From a virus (lineage: Duplodnaviria; Caudoviricetes): 64,000 nt of DNA. The DNA lies in IMG/VR virus record IMGVR_UViG_3300049573_000247, positions 64,001 through 128,000 of that record. One strand, 5' to 3'. Numbering within the stretch: the first letter of the stretch is position 1; each line of letters begins with the position of its first letter. Shown here piece by piece: positions 9,476-19,169 of this stretch. The notes beneath the pieces were generated by a model that saw nothing but the letters and a program-made list of their open reading frames with translations, did no database searches and was not told the DNA's origin. Made by a program: the position numbers and the translations under genes.

Positions 9476-10021
9476 TCAATCCGCAGTGCTGTACCGCTTA
9501 CGCTCCCACCGCTCCAGCTCGCACAGCACGGAACTGATCGCGGCCCGAATGGGTTCGTGTTTGTGGTTGTGCTCGCGTGCTTCGGCGCACGAGGAACGCC
9601 ACGCGGCAAGCGCGTCCATGTAGACCCCGTACGCGAACAGGCCGTGCGTGTCCTCCCGGTAGTCCTCGCGCTTCGGCGACGCTACCGTCCCCCGGTATGC
9701 GAGGTCACGAGCGGAACCCGGATTGAACCGACCGCTCGGCGCGTGCTTGGTGTAGAGGAACTCGTTGCCGTCTCCCGTCGGAACGTCACTCAAGACGTGT
9801 CTCGACAGGTACTCGACTGTGACCGGCTTCCCGGGCCAGTACGACGCCATGATGACCGCTCGCTTGCCGAGCCCGTGATGCTTGACGGTCAGCGTCGCTT
9901 CCCACGTCTTCCGCTCGCGCGGATTCGGGTTGCAGACGTCGCGGTACGACTCATCGAGCGTGGATTCCTCCACCAACCAATCCGCTTGCGACAGTGTGTT
10001 GAAGTAATACGGGACGGTCAT
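9476..10021 (-). CDS. Hypothetical protein
   Basis: GGGAG RBS, 181 aa. Confidence 0.7.
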   Translation of the reverse strand: MTVPYYFNTLSQADWLVEESTLDESYRDVCNPNPRERKTWEATLTVKHHGLGKRAVIMASYWPGKPVTVEYLSRHVLSDVPTGDGNEFLYTKHAPSGRFNPGSARDLAYRGTVASPKREDYREDTHGLFAYGVYMDALAAWRSSCAEAREHNHKHEPIRAAISSVLCELERWERKRYSTAD

Positions 10022-10042
10022 GCCGTCACTCCCTTTCTCCTG

Positions 10043-10522
10043 CTACCGGACGCCCAGCGCGGCCATGAACTCGCCGCGCACCTCGGGCGTGATGCCCTCG
10101 AAGTGCAGGCTGTAGTCGAACCGGGTGCAGCTCTCGAACTCGTAGTTCTCGTGCGCGGACACCCACAGGTTCTCGTCGGCCGCATCCCACGGGACCGAGG
10201 ACGGTTCCCACTCCGAGGTCGGGAACACATCCCAGTCCGCGAGCACGGTCGCGAGCGCGCTTTCGAGCCGATCGCACACGCAGTCGTCGGGCTCGTCCGG
10301 TTCGGACTCGCACTCGCACGGGGCCTCGATCAGTTCCCAGACCACCGCGAGGGTGCCGAGCTTTTCGGGCTCGTCCGCATCCTCCTCGCAGCGCGCGAAC
10401 TCGGTGCGGTACATCCGCACGGCCGTGAAGTCCTCCCCGGCCCTGATCTCGCGGTGTTCCTCGGGCGTGACCTTGTCGAACTCGTCATCGACCCGCCGCT
10501 CTTCCAGCTTCCACATGGGCAA
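10043..10522 (-). CDS. Acidic hypothetical protein
   Basis: 159 aa, Glu/Asp-rich. Confidence 0.7.
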   Translation of the reverse strand: MPMWKLEERRVDDEFDKVTPEEHREIRAGEDFTAVRMYRTEFARCEEDADEPEKLGTLAVVWELIEAPCECESEPDEPDDCVCDRLESALATVLADWDVFPTSEWEPSSVPWDAADENLWVSAHENYEFESCTRFDYSLHFEGITPEVRGEFMAALGVR

Positions 10523-10598
10523 CCTGCTTTCTTTCGCTACTGGGGATTGGCCCGAACCCGCCCCCGAACGGGGGGCGGGCTCGGGTTAACCTCCAGGG

Positions 10599-10940
10599 CT
10601 ACTCCACGCCCGCGACCTCCCGCGCCACGTCCTCGCTCACGCCCAGGTGCACCAGGAGGCGCAGTTTCTGGATGCGGGCGCGCCGGTCCAGGTCCCCGGA
10701 GAACAGACCCGGACGCGAGGGCGAATCGTTGATGGACAGATCCACGACCATTTCCCGCGCGTCCTCGTCCGACATGCGGGCCGTCATCGGCCGGTCCGGT
10801 TCCCGGTCCATGACCAGGTGCACCCACACCTGGCCGTACCGGGGCGGGAACCAGCGCGTGATCCGCGCTTCCCACGTCTTCTTGCGGTGGTTCGTCTTGT
10901 CGGCCGCCGCGCGGCGCGCCAACTCCAACTTGTCGTCCAT
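10599..10940 (-). CDS. Hypothetical protein
   Basis: AAGGA RBS before MDDKLEL. Confidence 0.7.
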   Translation of the reverse strand: MDDKLELARRAAADKTNHRKKTWEARITRWFPPRYGQVWVHLVMDREPDRPMTARMSDEDAREMVVDLSINDSPSRPGLFSGDLDRRARIQKLRLLVHLGVSEDVAREVAGVE

Positions 10941-11150
10941 CGTGACATCCTTTCGCATTGTTCTAGAAGGTTGTGACAACCCGCCCCCACACCCCCGTGG
11001 GGCGGGCTCTCGGAACCCGCTACAACCAGCAGTGACCGGCCTTGCGGAACCACCGCGTGTGACGCCACGGACCCCAGCCCGGCGCACCCCACGCCCGGCG
11101 CCGCACCACCCAGCCGCCGCACACACGGCACCGACGCCGCTCCCAGCGCT

Positions 11151-11456
11151 TCACGACCCCACCACCGGACGCAACTGCACCCGGTACGCGTTCACCTGCA
11201 CCGACGCAGGTAGGTGCACCACCAGGCCCAACGCCCGCTTCTCGCGAGCCGTCGCCTTGCGGAACACGAACACCTCGCCCGTCGCCGGAGCGTCCAGGCG
11301 CTCACGCACCCACGCCACCGCCTCCGGGAACCCGCCCCCAGGGAACCGCGCGTCGTGCTCCCACACAAACGGGGAACCCTCCAGCGCGCGCCCCACGAAC
11401 GCCTCCGCGCCCTCCGGCCTCACCTGGATCTCAAACTCCAAACCCGCCACTGCCAC
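11151..11456 (-). CDS. Hypothetical protein
   Basis: GGAGG RBS. Confidence 0.65.
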   Translation of the reverse strand: MAVAGLEFEIQVRPEGAEAFVGRALEGSPFVWEHDARFPGGGFPEAVAWVRERLDAPATGEVFVFRKATAREKRALGLVVHLPASVQVNAYRVQLRPVVGS

Positions 11457-11597
11457 AGTGACCTCCTCTCACGTCGGGAACCTTGCCGCAACCCAGAGAC
11501 CGCCCCACCCCCGAAGGGACAAGACGGTCTCTGGGCTCCCGTAAAGCGCCCTACTCGCGGACCCGCGCACCTTCGCACGCAGGGTTAACGACCCGCT

Positions 11598-12140
11598 CTA
11601 GAGCCCCTGCCGCGTCGCCTGATCGGTGAAATTCCACTCGTACTCCTCGTGCGTGAGGTCCGACGTGGGGTAGCCCTCGCTACTCAGGCCGTCGCACAGG
11701 GCAGCGGCGTCCTCGTACGCCAACCCGTCCGCCTGCGCCCAGTCGACGCAGTCCATGGTCGCGGTCTCGTCCACGGGCGGCAGGTCGCTCTCTTCGGGCG
11801 ACACGTACTCTGGGACGCTCGCGTCCTCTTCAGAGGTCACCTCCCCTACGGTCACGACGGCGTCCACCGTGGACTCGCCTTCCGCAGCGGGCGCGGTGTC
11901 CACCACACCCGACATGTCCACCATGGTGGGCTCAGGCACGTGCATTGCCTCAGGCACCGGCACGGGCGTCTCGTCCGGCACGGCCGCCACGTAAGGCCGC
12001 TCGCCGCGATCCAGCGCGGGGGCAACCACCGTGTCAGCCACGGCCACCGTGCCGGGAGCGACCTCCGCCGCAGCGCACCCGGCCAAAGCCGCGAACCCCG
12101 CAAACGTGAGACACACCCCCACAAATCGATTACGCATCAT
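11598..12140 (-). CDS. Acidic lipoprotein
   Basis: Basic N-terminus, hydrophobic stretch and LAGC lipobox; Pro/Glu-rich linker. Confidence 0.7.
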   Translation of the reverse strand: MMRNRFVGVCLTFAGFAALAGCAAAEVAPGTVAVADTVVAPALDRGERPYVAAVPDETPVPVPEAMHVPEPTMVDMSGVVDTAPAAEGESTVDAVVTVGEVTSEEDASVPEYVSPEESDLPPVDETATMDCVDWAQADGLAYEDAAALCDGLSSEGYPTSDLTHEEYEWNFTDQATRQGL

Positions 12141-12288
12141 GTCCTTTCTTGCTCTCGTTAGCTATAACCAGAGACCACCCGACACCGGGCGACCCCCACT
12201 TGCGACTGCCGCCCTCCTTCCATGCTGGAAACCTGGCGGAAACCCGCCCCCACCCGGGAACGGGCTCCCGTCAAACGTCCAACCCGGC

Positions 12289-12642
12289 TCAGCCCAGCAG
12301 CACCGCGTTATGAGCCGCCCGCGACACCGGCACATGCCGACCCCACCGCAGCCGCACCACGCGACTCCCCCGGTCGTACTCCGCGAGCACCGCCGGAAGC
12401 ACCTCCGGCGGACGCTGACGCGCCAGCCACGACACCGCCCGCGCCGGATCAGCCTCGAACCGGCCCCACGGCACCTCCACCGCACCCGGCAACGGATTCA
12501 CCGCCCCGAACTCCCACGCCTCCAACGACCCGTCCGGAGCCGCAACCCGGTCGCCCTCGCACAACTGGGCATACAGCCAGCCCGCGAAACGCGCATCCGT
12601 CTGCGCCTCCACCACAACCTCAACCCGACCCACACCAGCCAC
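12289..12642 (-). CDS. Hypothetical protein
   Basis: GTG start after GAGGGG; the longer track ORF overlaps the upstream gene. Confidence 0.55.
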   Translation of the reverse strand: MAGVGRVEVVVEAQTDARFAGWLYAQLCEGDRVAAPDGSLEAWEFGAVNPLPGAVEVPWGRFEADPARAVSWLARQRPPEVLPAVLAEYDRGSRVVRLRWGRHVPVSRAAHNAVLLG

Positions 12643-12656
12643 AGGCCAACCCCCTC

Positions 12657-13079
12657 TTACAGCTTCTCGATACGAACCGGAACCGACCCGAAATCGCGCA
12701 CAAAGTGCTCGCTCCACGCCAGCTCCATCACGCCCTTGAACGAGTCCTCCTCCGGCTGATACGACGACACACCCCACTTCGGGTGCGTCACCTCCAACGA
12801 CCAGCCCTGATACAGCAACTCGCCCTGCGAGGACATCGACGCGTTCACGACGATCTCCACACCCAGCTCCGGCGCCGCCGTCTGCACGAACGCCGCCCGC
12901 TTCCGACCCGAGAACCACGTCTCAGGCTTCACGTTCCCCGCCTTGTCCTTCGGAGTCGTCTCCTCCAGGACATCCGCGACCACCCGCGCCAGCTCCCTAC
13001 GGGACCCGTGCGGCATGACCACCGACCCGATCGCAGCCGCGATCGTCTTCACATGCTCTGTTGCCAACCGGTGCACCAT
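12657..13079 (-). CDS. Hypothetical protein
   Basis: GGAGG RBS. Confidence 0.7.
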   Translation of the reverse strand: MVHRLATEHVKTIAAAIGSVVMPHGSRRELARVVADVLEETTPKDKAGNVKPETWFSGRKRAAFVQTAAPELGVEIVVNASMSSQGELLYQGWSLEVTHPKWGVSSYQPEEDSFKGVMELAWSEHFVRDFGSVPVRIEKL

Positions 13080-13082
13080 CAG

Positions 13083-13295
13083 CTACACCTCCCCGCAACG
13101 GACGGACGAGTACACCTCGCCAGAACGAGCGATCTCGGCCCACTCCACGAACAACGTCGCGTTGAAACGCGCGTTGTCCGCAATGAACACCTCGATCATC
13201 GCCCCCAGCAGGTCGTAGAACACCTTGTCAGGCATCTCCACACCCGCGACCAGCTCAGCGAACTGCTCATAGGTCGTCTTGCTCATACGCGGCAT
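13083..13295 (-). CDS. Small phage protein
   Basis: DNARFN..LF motif common in small phage proteins; AGGAG RBS. Confidence 0.7.
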   Translation of the reverse strand: MPRMSKTTYEQFAELVAGVEMPDKVFYDLLGAMIEVFIADNARFNATLFVEWAEIARSGEVYSSVRCGEV

Positions 13296-13384
13296 GACAA
13301 CTCCTCTCCTCGTGAAAACACTCAGGCCCCACCCGGAAACCCGGATGAGACCTAAGCAGGTTCACGACCTGCGCCGAACGGCCC

Positions 13385-13561
13385 TTACACCTCCTCGCAG
13401 ACGGCCTCGGACCAACCCGCAGGCGTACCCACCGACGGCCGGAACGGCAGCGTCTCCAACTCCTCAACCTCGCAGTGCAGACAGAACACCCCGAACCGAC
13501 GCTCGCACGCCTGCACCAGCTCCTCACCCAGAATCGTGACCTTGTGCGTCCTACCAGCCAT
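13385..13561 (-). CDS. 58 aa Cys-containing protein (not in ORF track)
   Basis: Translated by hand: MAGRTHKVTILGEELVQACERRFGVFCLHCEV...; GGAGG RBS. Confidence 0.6.
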   Translation of the reverse strand: MAGRTHKVTILGEELVQACERRFGVFCLHCEVEELETLPFRPSVGTPAGWSEAVCEEV

Positions 13562-13616
13562 AACCCCTCCTTACTTGAAACTTCAATGACTTATTTCCCG
13601 GGGAAACACCCCAGCC

Positions 13617-13979
13617 CTACTCCGCTTCCGCGTACACCCGCATAGCGCCCTGATGCGTCCGGAACGTCAACCCCTCCGGAGCAACCGAACCCGGCTCCAC
13701 CAGCGAACCCAGCTCCGTATACACCACCGGGAACGGACCCACCAGACGCAAATCCGGGTGCCCGAACGACTTCAGATCCCGCGCCATACGCGCAGCATCC
13801 GCATACGACGCCGCATCCTGGCACCACGGGTCCGCCTCCGCATTCGGAGTGACCCACACCGACCACTGCTCGTACACCACCGAGCCGTCCCAGTCGCGCC
13901 CGAAATAGCACCCGACCTCAACCGACTCGATACAGCCACCCATGACCTCAAGCTGCGAAAACATTCGAACCTCCTTCAC
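13617..13979 (-). CDS. Hypothetical protein
   Basis: ORF in array; start may be the internal MFSQ. Confidence 0.65.
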   Translation of the reverse strand: MKEVRMFSQLEVMGGCIESVEVGCYFGRDWDGSVVYEQWSVWVTPNAEADPWCQDAASYADAARMARDLKSFGHPDLRLVGPFPVVYTELGSLVEPGSVAPEGLTFRTHQGAMRVYAEAE

Positions 13980-14538
13980 TAACGGGGCAGGTGGGACAGA
14001 AACAGAGAAAGCCCCTTCATGCCGTTACGCGACTCAACCTCGTTGCACGCGCGCTCCAAGGCGGCGCACAACAGACGCCAATGCACCCGGCCCGACGACA
14101 ACCACCCGGCAACCCGGATGATCTCCTCATCACTCAGCGGCTCTCTCATGACCCGTCCTCTCACATTTCCCGGGCGCACCAAGGGACCCGCCCACCCGAA
14201 GGCAGGCGGGTCCCAACTCACCCGGATTTACCGTATGACCCGCACGTCGACATGATTGCCGCTCACCCACATCCCTCCGGTTCGGTGGCCGGAAGCGCGG
14301 GGCCGCGCTCGCTCTACTCCGCGTGCCAGGTCTGCCCTCTGGGGACAACTCGCGCGCACCGACACCCAACCCGCAAGGGAAGGCACCCGATGCGCATGAA
14401 AAATACTCAGAGATCCGACCTTATGACTCGTAACCCGCTAGACAGTGTCCAGATTGTCCCGAATTTTATATTTCATGTGTGGTCTGTTCATGTTGGGGCC
14501 GCACGGGTTGCGTTGGTTTTGTCCGTTTTGGGGACATG

Positions 14539-14563
14539 AAAAAAGGCCGCCCGTGGGCAGCCT
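14539..14563 (-). terminator. Intrinsic terminator
   Basis: AGGCTGCCCACGGGCGGCCTTTTTT on minus strand after the 14585-15469 gene. Confidence 0.7.
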
Positions 14564-14584
14564 GATTTCTTTTGCGCGGTTTGT

Positions 14585-15469
14585 TCACTTTTCGACTTTC
14601 ACGAAGGTTGCGAGGTCCTTCAGGAATTGTCCGAATTCTCCGGACTTGTAGCGTTTGGGCAACCCTTGGGTCAAGCTGGTCACTTCGCTAGGCGAGTAAA
14701 GGTCAATATCGACCATTTCGCCCGGTTCGATGCGTGAGGCCAGTTCCCGTAGCGTGTCGCTGCGGTTGTCGCCTGCCAGCTTGCCGCGCTTGGCTTGAAT
14801 GTCGTGCACCCTTGCGAGCATGACGAGCATGTCGCGCGGGATTGCGAGCGTGTACCGGTTCGCGACCGGTTCGCCAGCGCTTGCGGGTTCGGTTGCGTCT
14901 CGCATGACGTTCGCGAGCGCTTCCCTTGCCGTAGGGTCGCTTTTGTACATAAGGTGCTTATTGCGTGCCGTGAGTGGTTTATCCACCCCGGCACCGTGCG
15001 GCATGACGTACTCGATACCGCCCGTAGACACGTGCCGCTTTTGCGAGCGCGCTTTACGTGCGATCGGAGAGAGCTTGTCAAGATACGCGTCCGATGAGAA
15101 CGCGTCGATTGCCGCGTGATAGTAGCCGGTTTTGCGGTAGCGGTCGCGCGCTTCCGTCGAAATACCCGATTCATCCCTATGCGGGAGGTTGGGGCCTTCC
15201 GACAGTTCGCGCACATCCATCACTGCGGGAGCGTGCTTGCGGTACTTACCCGCAAGCGCCGCCGCGTGATTGGGGCCGCTAACGATACCGTCGGCCGGGA
15301 AAGTCGTCTGCGCTGGCGTAAGTTCGCCACGATTGCCCTGATATGAAATTCGGGCGTCGTAGGCGTGTTGCGCCATCGCTTCCGCGTTTTGGTCCGACCG
15401 GATTTGCTTGGCGCGTTCGGGAGTCTCGTAAGCCTCCACATCCGCAGCCGTGATGAATGCTCTATGCAT
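14585..15469 (-). CDS. Orphan protein with atypical codon usage
   Basis: 294 aa, GAGG RBS, own terminator. Confidence 0.75.
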   Translation of the reverse strand: MHRAFITAADVEAYETPERAKQIRSDQNAEAMAQHAYDARISYQGNRGELTPAQTTFPADGIVSGPNHAAALAGKYRKHAPAVMDVRELSEGPNLPHRDESGISTEARDRYRKTGYYHAAIDAFSSDAYLDKLSPIARKARSQKRHVSTGGIEYVMPHGAGVDKPLTARNKHLMYKSDPTAREALANVMRDATEPASAGEPVANRYTLAIPRDMLVMLARVHDIQAKRGKLAGDNRSDTLRELASRIEPGEMVDIDLYSPSEVTSLTQGLPKRYKSGEFGQFLKDLATFVKVEK

Positions 15470-16064
15470 GGCAAACCTCTCGGTAGCTAGTCCTCGCGCA
15501 ACTATCCCCTTCGCATATAGCTAGCCGTGGCACAGTTCACCCCCAAGGGAGCGCCCAGCGCTGGGCGGGATTCGTCGCGCGTCTGCGCTTCAAACACACT
15601 GTTCGGTTAAGGCGGCCGCAATGAGGGCCGCACGGTGACAACATTCGCCTGCCCGGGTTCTGCGCCCCCTTGCGGGTTCGCGTCGCTCGGAAGCGATGAC
15701 ATAACTATGTCAGACGCCAGCGCGGGCCGTTTTCACGGGCCTTGAGCTGGGGTTTCATTTTGTCCGTTTTGCGTTTCGCCTGGTCATGGGCTTATGGGAG
15801 GAAATGGGGTCGGCCCTTGGGGGGTCATGAGAGCGCTTGCCAGAAAGGTCACGGTTTGGTAAAGACTGCGTATGGGCTGGTCATGGGCTCAAGATTCCTG
15901 AAATTCGCACGGTATCGACATTGTGGACAGTCGAGCGGTAAGCGCTTGCCTTACACAGTGGACAGTCACAGTAGTCACGCTAGGCAACAGACGTCACAAG
16001 CGGCCAGCGCGCGCCCGGATCGCAGGCTGTGACAGAGGGAGGCTAGCGGTGCGAGACGATACGG

Positions 16065-16268
16065 ATGAGGCATTGACGGCGTGAGCTGGGAGGATACAGC
16101 GTTTCGCCTGGTAGATTCGTTGCACTGTCGCAAGTGGAGCCGGGAGCGTCCAGAGTGGACGGCTTGGGGCTGTAGTGGCGTACGCCTGCCAGCGCGACAG
16201 GATTAGTCGAATGAGGCAATGCGGCCGTGAGCTGCGGAGATACGCGTTTCCGCTGGTAGATTGCTTGC
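16065..16268. repeat. Two imperfect direct repeats of about 58 bp
   Basis: 16065-16123 vs 16211-16268 (ATGAGGCA..GTGAGCTG..GATAC..GCGTTTC..CTGGTAGATT..TTGC). Confidence 0.8.
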
Positions 16269-16639
16269 GACCGGTTCGCCTAGGCCGCTAGGGCAGGCGT
16301 AGCGCGCTCCTGTGGCGCGGCCTAGGCCACGGGTAGGGACGCGCCACGGGAGCGGCGTAGGGACGCGTACAGCGGCCTAGGCAGGCAGGCGGGTACGCCT
16401 GCCCTAGCCCTCTCCGCACGGTGCGCATGTGTGCGCGCGAAATAGCACAGTGCCGCGCTGGCGTCAAGTCATGGACAGTGATTGTTATCGAGTCGTGATG
16501 TCGTGCTGGCACGGAATGGAGCGCTCCCAAAAGTGGAGACGCTGGTCAAGCGCACATTGCGTGCATACCGAGTATGAACACATTGTTCACGGAATGCCAC
16601 ACCGCGAGACGCCAGCTACGGAACGCAACCACACAGCTA

Positions 16640-16910
16640 CACAGAGACAGTCCACATGAGAGGCAGATAACCGCGCGGCAAGTGCCAGCACGCTAAACCG
16701 CAGATTCCACAAGAGACGCCCACAGATTCCACACAGGACACGTCCACAAGAGACACGCAAGCCTCCACATCGGACGCCCACACAGGACAGACACGAAACC
16801 ACACGTCCACACACGACAGTCCACACAGGACAAGTCCAAAATCGACAGTCCACACAGGAGGGCCGATCCGTCGACAGTGGACGCCACCCCCTTAAAAGAT
16901 AGGGGGGGTC
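16640..16910. repeat. TCCACA box cluster (iteron/DnaA-box-like); candidate origin
   Basis: TCCACA at 16651, 16706, 16728, 16743, 16764, 16806, 16820 and 16849, followed by an AT-loop hairpin and a skew switch. Confidence 0.65.
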
Positions 16911-16952
16911 GTGAAATTTTCCGAGATCATCATGGTAGCACGTGAAGGATGT

Positions 16953-17252
16953 TCACGCCTGGGGGTGGCGTTTTCCGGGGGCGGCTGGTCTGCCGATGGT
17001 GGGGCTTTGGGCTGCGCGTTGGTGGCTGAGGGTGATGCGTTGTTGGTTCCAGGTTTTCCAGTCGTGTTCGCGTTCTTGGAGCCAGAGGGGGGTGGGGGTG
17101 GTTTTGTTGCCGATGAGGTGTGCGTCGGGTGGTGGGCTGGGGAGGTCGGGGTCGTTGTGCCATTTGTTGATGAGGTGGTTGATGTTGCTGGGGGCGTATC
17201 CGAGGGTTCTGGCGATGTGGCTGGTGGTGATGTAGGTGGGTGGGGTGTTCAT
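16953..17252 (-). CDS. Helix-turn-helix DNA-binding protein (AlpA/Xis-like)
   Basis: YITTSHIARTLG..SNINHLINKW...PPPD...PLW pattern. Confidence 0.55.
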   Translation of the reverse strand: MNTPPTYITTSHIARTLGYAPSNINHLINKWHNDPDLPSPPPDAHLIGNKTTPTPLWLQEREHDWKTWNQQRITLSHQRAAQSPTIGRPAAPGKRHPQA

Positions 17253-17378
17253 TGGGTGGTCCTTGGTGGTGGGGTGCCGCGCTGCTCGGGGTATGACTGC
17301 CGTGCAGCGCGGCGGCTTGGGTGTTCATGGATGTTTGTGGTGTTCACGTTAGCAGGTTGTGGTGGTGGGGGTAGGGCG

Positions 17379-17957
17379 ATGTCGGGTGAGGTCGCGTCGT
17401 GTTCGGGTCTAGACTTCCTGGCCATGCAGGTGAGACGTAATCTGCCTTTCGGCCATGTGCCGGAGGAGCATCGGGTGCAGGTGTTCGCGGGTTTGGGCGC
17501 GGAGTACGGCTCTGTGGAGGAGCTTGAGAAGGTCGAGTTGTGGTTGTCAGTGGCGGCGGCTGAGTGCACGTCTTGTTGTCAGCGTCTGGTGTGGCTACTG
17601 GCTAAGGATGTGGGGGCGGTGGCGGCGTTGGGGAAGGTCGTGAAGTGGTTGTTCACGGCTGCGCCGCCGCCGGAGGGGGCGCATGAGGAGTTGATGGAGT
17701 TGTTGCGGTGGAGTTCGGTGGGTGATCGGGCGGATCTGGTGGTGGAGGTTGCGAACGATTTTGTTGCGCGGCGGCGTGCGGTGAGTGGGGATGTTGCGGG
17801 GTCGTTGGGGGGTGGTGAGTTACTGGTGGGGTTGGAGGAGGGGGGTGATGGGCTGGGTTTCGCAGGGGAAGACGGCGGTTTTGGGGTGGTCGGGTGTGGC
17901 GTGGAGGAGGGTTTCGAGGGGGTTGAGTGGGGTGAGGAAGGCGATGACGTGCCATAG
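17379..17957 (+). CDS. Hypothetical CxxC protein
   Basis: Globular-looking part of the track ORF from MSGEVAS; 3' end overlaps a convergent gene. Confidence 0.5.
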   Translation: MSGEVASCSGLDFLAMQVRRNLPFGHVPEEHRVQVFAGLGAEYGSVEELEKVELWLSVAAAECTSCCQRLVWLLAKDVGAVAALGKVVKWLFTAAPPPEGAHEELMELLRWSSVGDRADLVVEVANDFVARRRAVSGDVAGSLGGGELLVGLEEGGDGLGFAGEDGGFGVVGCGVEEGFEGVEWGEEGDDVP

Positions 17958-18266
17958 GCCGGTGGTGTCGTGGGGTGGGGGGTTTCCCCAGCCGGGGATG
18001 ACGGTGAGGGTGTTGGTGAGGTGGGGGTAGCGCAGGAGGGCGTTGCGGGTCCATTCGGGGACGGCGAGGAAGTAGGGGCTGTCGCGCCATCGGTAGCGGA
18101 GTTCGAGTTGTACTGATTCGATGAAGACGCCGAGGAGTCGGGTGGTGTCGGTGGGTTCTTCGGTGTCGGAGAGTTTCCAGTAGGGGGTGTCTCCTGCTGC
18201 TTCGATGATGCGTCGCATGGTCATGTTGATGTGGGCGTGTACGGGTCCGGGGATGTCGGTGCGCAT
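17820..18266 (-). CDS. Hypothetical protein
   Basis: 148 aa ORF directly downstream of the DUF6879-like gene. Confidence 0.55.
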   Translation of the reverse strand: MRTDIPGPVHAHINMTMRRIIEAAGDTPYWKLSDTEEPTDTTRLLGVFIESVQLELRYRWRDSPYFLAVPEWTRNALLRYPHLTNTLTVIPGWGNPPPHDTTGLWHVIAFLTPLNPLETLLHATPDHPKTAVFPCETQPITPLLQPHQ

Positions 18267-18280
18267 GGGGTGACGCTAGC

Positions 18281-18964
18281 TTAGAGGCGTTTCCCGGGCT
18301 GGTATTTCTCTCGTGTTTCGAGGTAGTCGTCGGGTAGCTGTTCGACGGGCCCTGGGGCGGGGAGGCCTTGCACGTGCCTGGCGAAGTACTGGGCGAGTGG
18401 CTGTCCGGCTTGCCAGAGGTGGCGGGTGTAGTTGCGCCACGGGGTGACGACGTCGGGGTCGGTGAATCGGATGTTGCGGTCTTGGACGCCGTGTTCGTCG
18501 TAGGTGTGGAGGTAGAGGACGGTGTCGTCCATGGTGCAGATCTCGGGGAGTTCGGAGCCGTAGGTGTGTTCGTCGCCGGTGGTGACGGTGGTGGGGAGGA
18601 CGCGGATGGTGCCTTCGAAGATCTCGTCGCGTAGGCGCAGCAGGTGGAGTTCCCATTGGAGGTAGGGGCCGATGGGTTCGTCGACGATGCGGATGCGGCG
18701 TGCGGTGATGTCGTGTTCGGTGGTTTCGCCGTAGTGGGCTTTGAGGTCGGCGCGGCGTCCTTCGATGAGCTGGAGGGCGAGGTTCCAGTTCCCGCGTTGG
18801 AATGCCTGCCATGAGGCGTCGTGTGGTTCAGCGAAGTGTGTGGCGCGTTCGAGTTTCCAGAATTCGGTGGCTTGCCAGAAGCGGGTGTTGAAGTCGGCGA
18901 AGAAGGTTTCGTCGGGGAGGTACTCGCCGTCGGTGGGGTCCAGTGGTGGTGGGACGGTCGTCAT
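18281..18964 (-). CDS. DUF6879-like protein
   Basis: FWKLER..HFAEP..SW.AF..G.W...L; RRIRIVDEP..YLQWEL. Confidence 0.7.
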   Translation of the reverse strand: MTTVPPPLDPTDGEYLPDETFFADFNTRFWQATEFWKLERATHFAEPHDASWQAFQRGNWNLALQLIEGRRADLKAHYGETTEHDITARRIRIVDEPIGPYLQWELHLLRLRDEIFEGTIRVLPTTVTTGDEHTYGSELPEICTMDDTVLYLHTYDEHGVQDRNIRFTDPDVVTPWRNYTRHLWQAGQPLAQYFARHVQGLPAPGPVEQLPDDYLETREKYQPGKRL

Positions 18965-19169
18965 CGCGGGTGCCTTCCGGTGGGTATGGGACAGCCCGGG
19001 GGACGGAGGTCACCCCGGGCTGTTCGGGTTGGGTGGCCGAGACGGTGGCTGCCCAACCCTATGTGTCGTCATACTTCGCGTGCGCCAGCGTAGCATCCGC
19101 GACCGGCTCGCGTTCGCCCGGTTCACCGCAACACTTCGTGAACATTGTCCGGTTCTGTACGATTTGTGT

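Noticed and set aside
16587-16910. CRISPR array or short Cys/Val-rich ORFs in the CA-rich repeat region
   Set aside because: Repeats are 6-12 bp with irregular spacing and no unique spacers; the ORFs are low-complexity translations of the repeat
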